From positions 17,608,001 through 17,672,000 of the forward strand of contig NC_043018.1 of the NCBI RefSeq assembly GCF_006345805.1: 64,000 bases of DNA. Reading direction: 5' to 3'. The notes below the pieces were generated by a model. That model did not search any database. It was not told where the DNA came from and saw nothing but the letters and a program-made list of their open reading frames with translations. The translations under genes and the position numbers were made by a program. Positions within the stretch are counted from its first letter, which is position 1. Each line of letters starts with the position of its first letter. The stretch is from Octopus sinensis (Eukaryota). Shown here in pieces: positions 55,011 through 64,000 of this stretch.

Positions 55011-55169
55011 ATGCATTCTTTATTTTCTCTCCTTGTTTCTTTCCGTGTTCCTTTCTGTGGAAGAGCGTAGGCTCGAAACGTCAAAGACTTTTTCCCTTCC
55101 CAAGCGTTACACTAATACATCTCTTTGTTGTCTACACCACCTTTCTTCATCGTTTTTTTGTGAATTCTC

Positions 55170-55172
<3 letters not shown>
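55011..55172 (+). mobile_element. Short repeat family H with variant HHR at 55051-55086
   Basis: CUUU-CUGUGGA-A-GAGC-GUAG-GCUC-GAAA-CG-UC-AAAG; flanked by (TA)n on both sides. Confidence 0.75.
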
Positions 55173-55238
<66 letters not shown>

Positions 55239-55244
55239 GCTCAG

Positions 55245-55288
<44 letters not shown>

Positions 55289-57354
55289 TTCAATATTGTA
55301 TTTCCAAAATTCGTTTCCATTACACAAACGTATAAATCCCCAATCATTTCACTTCTGTATTCCACAAACTTGGCCTTGAAATCCGTGCAATACATTAATG
55401 TCAATATTACTGATATCAGAGTTTATGTGGAAATATCGGTGATGTATTCTCATACTTTTGTTCAAGGAGATAATGCCAGTTTACTTCATATTCAATCATT
55501 CTCATTTCAAAATTACTTTTACAAGCGACTAACTTACTTACATTATTGTGAGGCAAAATGGCAGCGCAATGAAATCCAATTCATACATCTCCTGTTGTTC
55601 AATAATATGCGTATGACAGGATGGCTAAATGGACTTTATTACAACGTGTATGAACCTGTTCGGAATAGAAACGGGAAGTCGGTATTGTTATCTAATGAAA
55701 TATTCATTAAAGTATTCTTGCTACTTAAAACAGATAGCTGCGTTTCCTGCACGAGAACCGTCATATTTACACCGTCGTAGACAGAATCAGTAGAAGATAA
55801 TTATGTTGGCACTATGGAGAACATAATGTTGTTGATATGGATGGGAATATTGAACTGTTGACCATTACTTCATCCCGGATTCTATCAAACGTTTTTTCTA
55901 TTTAATGCCACCGGTTTGAGGTTGTTGGAGATCACCGCATTTTCTCTTTGGGTTTTGTTGTATGAACCGGACAAACAACATTTAGTAAAGAAAAATGGAT
56001 TCTAGTTATGTCCATACATGTGCAGAGATCTCACTCGGATTATATTCCCGTTTCTCCCGGATCTACGATATATAAATACATCTCATTTTATGTTTATATT
56101 TACCTTTATACCATATATTAGATATCATTAATCCCTCAAGGCTTCCTATATTCGAAATACATCTCCTGTTATAGATTGCTTTGCACATTAATAAAGTTTA
56201 TAAAATATACATGGTTATACATAGAAATATCAAAATTGTATAAACAATTTAAATCTGCTCTTTGGGAATTTCCCTTTACTTAACACGACGAATTAAAAAC
56301 AAAACATTTGTGTACGTTTATATGTGAATGAAAAGACCAGAGAAAGAAATAAAGAATAAAGAACGAATGCAGGATGTTGAATTAGAGCTATATATGTATG
56401 TGTGTATGTGTATGAACATATAGATATGTAGAAGGATATAGCAAGTAAAGCGTGAAGATCAGGGGTGACACTCACACATATGCAGCCATACACTTGTATA
56501 AACACAAGTGCTTGTAGGTTTTGTGAAATATTCAGATTAGAGATTCTATCCTATTCTCGACCCATGGATTTGTCAAGTAAGAGAGAGTGGGGAAGAAAAG
56601 GGGGGAAGAAATCGGCGGGAGAGAATGATTCTCATTGAATTACAAATTTATTGAAATATCAATATCGTTTAATTATTATTCTTCCGCAAACGATATTGTT
56701 ACGTAAATAAGATTCGAATTAATGTCATTTGGTATTATCTTCTTAGGTATTTCACAACAAAATAATATCAGAATTAATATTTAATCTTAGGTTTCAAATC
56801 AAAATTAAGTAGAATTACGATTGTCTTTCATTCTTAGATGAATATTCCATTCAGGCATGTAATTGTCATCCATATATTCCAGGCAGGAAATTAATGCACA
56901 AATTATAAAGTAAACAATACCAGTTATCTATCCCCATCCCATAATCTATTTTAGTCTAAGTAACGTCATATCAGGATACATCATTATGGCGAAGATAAGG
57001 CTGTTTAACAGCTAACCACTTAGCGTTAAGATAAGAATAATTTCCGACTTATACAATAAGACCGTTCGATATTGTGAAAGATTGCAGCACAGTAACGTAA
57101 ATACTGGTGTGGTGTCACTTGGCGTGATGTAAAATATAAAGCCATCGACAGATCTACAGGGATATCGGAGCTTAATTGCATGTAACAATTTGAGATAATC
57201 ATATAAAGGTGGATAGATACGTTCTCCCATTCGTAATCGAAACACTAAGATGAATGATCAACATTTCCTTGACTGTCACAAGTAAAACTGATGGCTATAA
57301 TTATATACCCTTACATAAACATATAGACACATACATATGTGCATGTCTATATAT

Positions 57355-57625
57355 ATATATAATAATAAATATTAGGGAATAAATCCAAAATTACAGGGAA
57401 AAAATCAGATTTAGGATTAAATCCAATTTTATAGTAAAATATTATATTATATAATTCGAGACAAATAAAACTGAATAGAATATCGGAAATACACCTGACG
57501 AATGTCATTTGAAAACATGAAACAATTGTAGTGGCGATTTATTTACTTTATATTAATTTTTTTATGTATTGATTAAGTCTTTCAGTGTTTAAGTTGCAAA
57601 ATAGTGGTTTTGTCTCGAATTAATA
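57355..57625 (+). mobile_element. Short element between two (TA)n tracts carrying an HHR and 14-bp inverted repeats
   Basis: taattcgagacaaa (57452-57465) / tttgtctcgaatta (57609-57622) bracket the HHR. Confidence 0.6.
57492..57533 (+). ncRNA. Minimal type I hammerhead ribozyme motif, intact core
   Basis: CAC-CUGACGA-AUGU[9 nt]ACAU-GAAA-CAAUUG-UA-GUG: all core residues present, palindromic stem III ACAAUUGU, GUA cleavage site after 57530. Confidence 0.72.
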
Positions 57626-57629
57626 TTAT

Positions 57630-57709
<80 letters not shown>

Positions 57710-59190
57710 AGAGTTACGGAATGGTATGTATATGGATGAGTGTGTGCATATATACGTATATACATACATGTCTATATTTATCTCTGTCTCTCTCTCACTC
57801 TCTCCCTATATATATATATATCTATATATATATATATATTATATATATATATATCCGTTATGCGCAGTAGAATCAGTATTAGATCAATACGTGCATATAT
57901 ATAAAACACTTAATGTAAACACGTAGAGAAAGGCAGACCTAATGCGATATTCGTCCGTCGATATTGTTGGTGATGAAACTATTGTGTTTAAGAACACAAA
58001 ATGCATAAGAGAAGAGCGAAAATCCTCCATACAGTGGTACGAGAGAAAGGTACGTGCATTTCTACGTGGGTGGCCATTTTCAATAGCGTGTCGTCACAGA
58101 CAGCACGCTTACCGATGCACAGGGTGGCAGAGAATAAACTATCAGTGGTTTTCCGAGTAAAACCGCCTGAAAAGAAACAAAAGTGTTATATACTCCACAA
58201 GAAGTATTAGATTAGGTAAACCATATATATTATATATATATATATATAATATATATATATATATATCTATATATATATATAATATATATAATAATTCTTT
58301 GAGGGAATATCATTTCCACCTTACGTTTTTTTCTAATGTATATATATATATATATATATATAGATATATATATATATATATACATACATATATAAATATA
58401 CACGATGTGCAATATAAATTATGGTGAGAGGGACATTTATTGCGTTATACATTCGGACGGTATTCGTCTCTCTCCTTTTATTGATTTAGAAACAGCACGT
58501 CCATATTAGTTATTATCTCCGGGCGAATACTGGAGTAGTTTGCCTCTCATTATGCATTTATATTAAATATAATACTGCATAAATGGATACACACACACAC
58601 AGAAACTCAATATTGCAGATAATCCATTGGTACATAGTGTCTGTTTTAGTGTGTTCTTTTACTGCGGCACCTTTAAACATTCCATCAACCAAGATATAGG
58701 ATAATTGTTATTACCATACGAATTCCTCGCTCGCTTGTCAGTCGCATCGATGCCTCATCTATCTGAATTGATGTTATCGGCAATGGTAATCTCCTCTAGA
58801 TTTTTCTTTCTCTATCACCTGACAAATGCATGAATTACGATATGCTTTACACATTAGATGATAATATGATAATATAGAAGCACTATGTAACTGAAAATTT
58901 GAATGTTCATTGTGAGAATATTATTTAGTGTGTCTCTCATAATACAAGCGCATAGCATACTCGGGTGATGGAGGAGCGTGACTTACTGGCTAGAACGTTG
59001 CAGTCATTATCGCAAAGTTGTAGTTTCGATTCCTGCACTAGGTGCTGCGTTCTGTTTTTGAAAAAAAAATACACATTCATTTCACGTTGTTCCAATCAAT
59101 TCCGCTTGCAGAAACGATTAATCCTACGTTGGTTCCGTGTCCCACCCAAAGTTCAAGGGTGGGGTGGAAATGTATGCACCGAAGAATTCC

Positions 59191-59384
59191 GGAAACCGGC
59201 CTTATCGGCCTATGGCACGGGATCTTCGATATTTTTCTTCTTTTTTTTTGGATACAGAATGGAACCCGTGAAACATTTTCTCGGCGTGAATCCGTATGGA
59301 GAAATTTGGCTTCTTTTAAAAGCCTAGAGGTAATTTCTCTGTCTATCGTATTTCATTTGTATTAAGCTCAAAGAAATCCTAACA
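59191..59384 (+). repeat. Local direct duplication, copy 1 (contains exon-like 59258-59329)
   Basis: Roughly 90%+ identical to 59914-60108 by eye; poly-T...atacag| acceptor and |gtaatt donor. Confidence 0.9.
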
Positions 59385-59913
59385 CATTTTATAGAACATT
59401 TAGGTAGAAGTCTGCAGATAGAATATTCTGTTTTACGTTCCTAAGAATTTGATTCTCCTTATTAAAGGTAACGCAACGTCACGTCGTGAAGGTAAAACTG
59501 CATATGTTTTCGAATATGTATAAGAATGTATGAATCAAGAAATCAGTTGTTCCTTGTGAAAATCTAATATTTTTTACAAGTAAAAGCTTTTAGTAAAATA
59601 ATGCTTACAATACGTCCACACTTCTTTATTGATAGGATTGGCGCAGCTGTCGTTTTCTATTGGTCTTGAGATAAAGAAAGAATGGTGCAAAAACAAACTT
59701 AAGAACTTGATTAGTGAACCTAGGTTCGAATGTAACCTATAAAATGTTAATCTGCGAATGAGTACCTATACGTGGGTGAAGTACAAGTGTGAGTGTTGGC
59801 GTAACGAATTTAGATTTATTGACGGAAGAGGTTATTGTAATCCAGATTATTATATTAAAGGCTGTCACTAGAAATTCTTTTTATGTAAAACAAAGAATTT
59901 ATATATAAAATGA

Positions 59914-60108
59914 GGAAAACGGCGTTATCGGCCTATGCCACGGGAGCTTCGATATTTTTTCTTTTTTTTTTTTGATACAGAATTGAACCCGTGAAATATT
60001 TCCTCGGCGTGAATCCGTATGAAGAAATTTGGCTTCTTTTAAAAAGCCTACAGGTAATTACTCTGTCTATCGTATTTCATTTGTAGTAAGCTCAAAGAAA
60101 TCCTAACA
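59914..60108 (+). repeat. Local direct duplication, copy 2 (contains exon-like 59981-60053)
   Basis: See copy 1. Confidence 0.9.
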
Positions 60109-60915
60109 TCGAGTTATTATCAGATCAAAAACATATCCAGTAGATAAAAATATTTTAGGTTGCATATTGTTGAACTAAATGTCACCTTGTTGGGTAAAGT
60201 AAAAGATGTCTGACCAAAGATAGAGAAAGCAGAAGCGGAATGGGAGGGAGATATAAGGAATAAATCGATGGCAAAAGAGAACTGACATAGATACAATGCT
60301 TTTGTTTTAAAATCCTGATTGATGTAACGAGAGTAAATAAAGACATTCATATTAATTGCATCCTTTAACTTAGTTCATAATTCCATTTTAGGTGGAGTGA
60401 AACGTAATTTAGATATTGAACACGGCAAGTTATTACAAAGACGGAAAAAATGATTTTTTTCCCTTGACGACAAAATCAATAGTAACACTCTTAAATATAT
60501 CTTGCAATTTAACCTCACACCTATATTTGTGGATGCAATAAGTGGTGTAACGTATGCTATTGTGGCAGGGTCGTCCACCGGTAGATTGCTCATTTGAGGG
60601 TTTGATGTATAATAGGTAAACTGACCATATATTATACTATGGGTAAAACGCTATTAAAATGTGTGAAAAATATATTCTATAAATAAACAATGAATGTAAA
60701 TAGCTCTTAGACACTGGTCTACAAACGCTAGGCAGTAGTTTACCGTTAATCTCTAAGAACTATAATAGTAAAACTAATAAGACTGAATTCAACTTCGATG
60801 CAACAGCAGGCTGTCTCTAAGATTATCATTATTGTCTCCGAGTCAACACATACACATAAATACACACACACATACATACACACACGCACGCACACACATA
60901 CACGCCTATGTATAG

Positions 60916-61092
60916 ATCTCTAGCCACTAAAACCATTTTATTTTCTCTCGCTGTTTATTTCTATGTTCCTTTCTGTCGAAAAACGTAGGTCCGAAACGTA
61001 AAAGTCTTTCTTATTTCCCGAGCATTAAAACAATACATCTGTTTGTTGTTTACACACCCATCTTCATCTTTTGTTTCTTTTTAAATTCTCAT
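60916..61092 (+). mobile_element. Short repeat family H, diverged, variant HHR at 60969-61004
   Basis: CUUU-CUGUCGA-A-aaac-gtag-gtcc-GAAA-CG-UA-AAAG; stem II degenerate. Confidence 0.7.
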
Positions 61093-61544
61093 GTATATAT
61101 GTGTGTTTGTGTATGCATGTTTGTATGTGTGTATATACTAAATAAATATACATAGATAAAACAGTAGTATAAGTTTTTCTTATGATATCAATTACATAAT
61201 CTTTACACGTGTTTCATTACGGAATCCTTGTATGCTGTAACTCAATCGTTATGTAACAAATGCAGAACGATATTGATAGACAAGAATATCACAAGAAAAG
61301 AGTACTTTGATTCATTATTCAATACCAACAGTATTATGTCTGCAGTGCTCAGTTAGGACGAATGCTATAATAAAAACGTAAACTGATTTTTGTATTTTTT
61401 GTAAATTACATTAAGAAAACGTAAATTATATTCAGGAAATTAATTTTGGTATTTGATAAATCATGTTTAATACTTGAGCGGAATTTAGATATGAATAGAT
61501 TTTGAGAAATTGAGAGGGTTGGCTTCAATCATTTAAATATAAAT

Positions 61545-61740
61545 TCGGAGGCCGGACATAATGTTTAGCAGCATCTCGTCCGTCCTTGCATTCTAAGTTC
61601 AAATTCCGCCAAGGTAGAGTTTTACCCTTCATTCTCCCAGGGTTGATAAAATAAGTACCAGTTGAGCACAGGGGTCAATGTGAACGACTAGCTACTCTTC
61701 AAGAATTTCAGACTTTGTGCATATAACAGAAAAGGGTTAT
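61545..61740 (+). mobile_element. SINE family C, old diverged copy with non-Tx1 tail
   Basis: aagttcaaattccgccaagg...gataaaataagtaccagttgagcacaggggtcaatg, then tttgtgcatataacagaaaaggg. Confidence 0.65.
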
Positions 61741-61749
61741 TCAAATATA

Positions 61750-62075
61750 TAAGGTGTCCCTGAAGTCACTGATAGGTTTCAATTTTTAATAAGTTCACTG
61801 CATTGTTTCTCTTCTGGTACGAGTAGTTGCCCCCTCATGCTGGGACCATGTGTGAGGTCTACTTTGAATGGCCATCAGTTCCCCAGACTTGATTAGCCCG
61901 TATTTTTCTTGTAATGTTACCTGAAAGAGAGAGTTTACGTCAACAAACCTGAGATCTTTGTGCAACTGATGGAGGACATCAATCAATAGAGAAATCAGAG
62001 TGCACGGGCGTGCGAAGCCGAAAATGGCTGCCATTTAAGCGATATCATTTTTCATATCTGCTGTAGAGCTGTTGC
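61750..62075 (+). mobile_element. Tc1-like remnant
   Basis: WPS(R)SPDLISPYFFL*CYLKERVYVNKPE matches WPxRSPDLxPxDFFLWGYLKxxVY; ggtgtccc TIR-like start. Confidence 0.7.
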
Positions 62076-63014
62076 AGAATTTGGCTCGTGTATATTAATT
62101 TCCATTACGTCCTTTATATTGCATCAAACTTTCATGCATATATTTCTAAATTTATGCAAGTTATTAAAAATTGAAACCCGTCAGTGACATTTAGGACAAA
62201 TTGTATTACGCTTAAAGTATATGACTTTACGTGAAATCTTTTCGATCTGCGAGTAGTTGCCGGTATTTGTGTCTGATGTTACGTCGATGGAATTAGCAAA
62301 GATTATATATTGAATATGACTGCTAATATTAGAAGGGGAGAACATGAATATGCGAATCATTTAGTTCTATATGTAAGTGAAAATGATGCTTCTGTCTGTT
62401 CAGAGAAATGACGGCTAAAAATACTTAAACTATATTCCATACTTTGTGTGGTATGAAGCTGGAATAACATCGCTCTTGAATAATCATATGATTAGAAATT
62501 TTAGTTGTGCTTTCAGTTTTGTTCGTCATTGTTGATATTTTATCAACGATATAGTGACGTTTTTTGAAGAATGGATATTTAATAACGCCTATTATTATTC
62601 CAACATCGTTCCTATTGATGATATCTTTTTACCCCTCTCCAAAATAACCATCCATTAGAATAAATTTTAATATTTCCATATAAAATAGAATACAATTTGT
62701 CAAAATCTTCATGGAGCCATATTTGAAAGACGAAAGTGAAGGTCACTCTTGTTTCATTGTCAGATTAACGAGCGAACACATCCCGTCATTCTGCCATTCG
62801 ACTCAAACGTATAATCAAAATATGCAAATGCATTCAAAAATAACCCAAAATCTTCATACAGAGATGGCGTAAAAGAATGTTACCAACAAAGCAACATTTT
62901 GAAGTGCGTATAAAGCTGCGGCTACAATAACAAAATATCAATTTCTCTTACATTACTTCCATTTTTATTCGGCTCTCACGTTAACCAATTTGAATTAGAA
63001 TCTACATATTTTAA

Positions 63015-63500
63015 GGCGGTAAGCTGGTAGAAACGTTAGCACGCCGGGCGAAATTCTTTGCGGTATTTCGTCTGCCGCTACGTTCTGAGTTCAAATTCCG
63101 CCGAGGTTGACTTTGCCCTTCATCCTTACGGGACCGATTAAATAAGTACCAGTTGCTCACTGAGTGGATATGATCAACTTAATCCGTTTGTCTGTCCTTG
63201 TTTGTCCTCTCTGTGTTTTTCTCCAAGTGGGTAGTAAAGAAATAGGTATTTCGTCTGCCGCTACGTTTTGAATTCAAATTCCGCCGAGGTCGACTTTGCC
63301 TTTCATCTTTTCGGGGTCGATTAAATAAGTACCAGTTATGCACTGGGGTCGATATAATCGACTTAATCCGTTTGTCCTCTCTGTGTTTAGCCCCTTGTGG
63401 GTAGTAAAGAAATAGGTATTTCGGCTGTTTACGTTCTGGGTTCAAAATCCGCCGTGGTCGACATGGCTTTTATCCTTTCTGTTGGCAATAAAGAAAAAGA
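63015..63500 (+). mobile_element. Tandem SINE family C (one full plus two headless units)
   Basis: Units restart at ggtatttcg at 63245 and 63415, identical to the internal site at 63062. Confidence 0.9.
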
Positions 63501-63618
63501 AACATTCACGTGTTTGCTCCAGCTCAGTCTTGCTTGTTGGCTAGCAGATGCTGGTTGATGACTGCTTCCTCCCTACTGCACAACGAGACACGTTACGGAC
63601 GTGGTACTTTCACCATTG
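63501..63618. repeat. Second copy of the ~115-nt repeat seen at 28263-28378
   Basis: Direct sequence comparison. Confidence 0.85.
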
Positions 63619-64000
63619 TTAATAAATTCACGACGTTATTTAGAACTTTATCTGTATTTCGCCTAGAGTAGAAAAGAAAAAAATATAGATTGATTAAAAT
63701 ATGCAAATGTTTGTGATTCACTCTTCTTTTTCTTTTGTATTATTAAATTCTATTTTATTTTACATTTTCTGTTTGCTTTATATATAATTTAAATTCAGTT
63801 TTATATATTTCTTTGTAGTCATATATACAAAGATATACACACAAGAGCGCACAGAAACCCGTGTTAGTGTATACATTTAATATCGTTTGATATATGTATG
63901 TTTCTGCGAAGTAGATAACTGGAGAATTCCTAAGGTAGAATATAAATCTGTGAGAGTTAAACTCCAAAAGATAATTATTGGGTGAATGATGGAATTTGGA

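Noticed and set aside
60392-60597. Frame ending LTPIFVDAISGVTYAIVAGSSTGRLL, loosely like a Sema/plexin propeller blade
   Set aside because: In-frame TGA at 60451, stop right after the motif, phase incompatible with the preceding duplicated exon; similarity only by eye.
63015-63500. Repeat-spacer or CRISPR-like periodicity
   Set aside because: Units are SINE bodies without unique spacers; eukaryotic context, no cas genes.

Overview
AT-rich eukaryotic DNA packed with (TA)n, (CA)n, (TATC)n/(GATA)n and (TATG)n microsatellites. The tRNA-derived SINE families and overall composition suggest an octopus or other coleoid cephalopod, in intronic or intergenic sequence (inference). No complete host gene can be supported. 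Most ORFs in the supplied track are microsatellite or SINE read-through. Clear content: four tRNA-headed SINE families (called A-D here); a 5'-truncated, young-looking L1/Tx1-type LINE (29387-32011) embedded in a (TATC)n array; decayed R4/Dong-like (RLE) and CR1/L2-like LINEs; several Tc1/mariner remnants; a pogo/Tigger-type MITE; and a probable Helitron 3' end. Two unexplained systems stand out. (1) SINE family C shares its ~50-nt 3' tail with the Tx1-type LINE and inserts with 13-19 bp target-site duplications (TSDs) that all begin (R)GTAT. It also forms tandem arrays restarting at its own internal GGTAT. (2) Several unrelated short repeats abutting (TA)n tracts carry minimal type I hammerhead ribozyme (HHR) motifs. 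These include intact cores at 42933-42999 and 57492-57533 and a three-copy family with a variant CUGUNGA core. Weak host-gene hints: a tandemly duplicated exon-like unit (59.2/59.9 kb) and a signal-peptide-like exon on the minus strand (48.7-48.8 kb). All alignments and RNA folds were done by eye.
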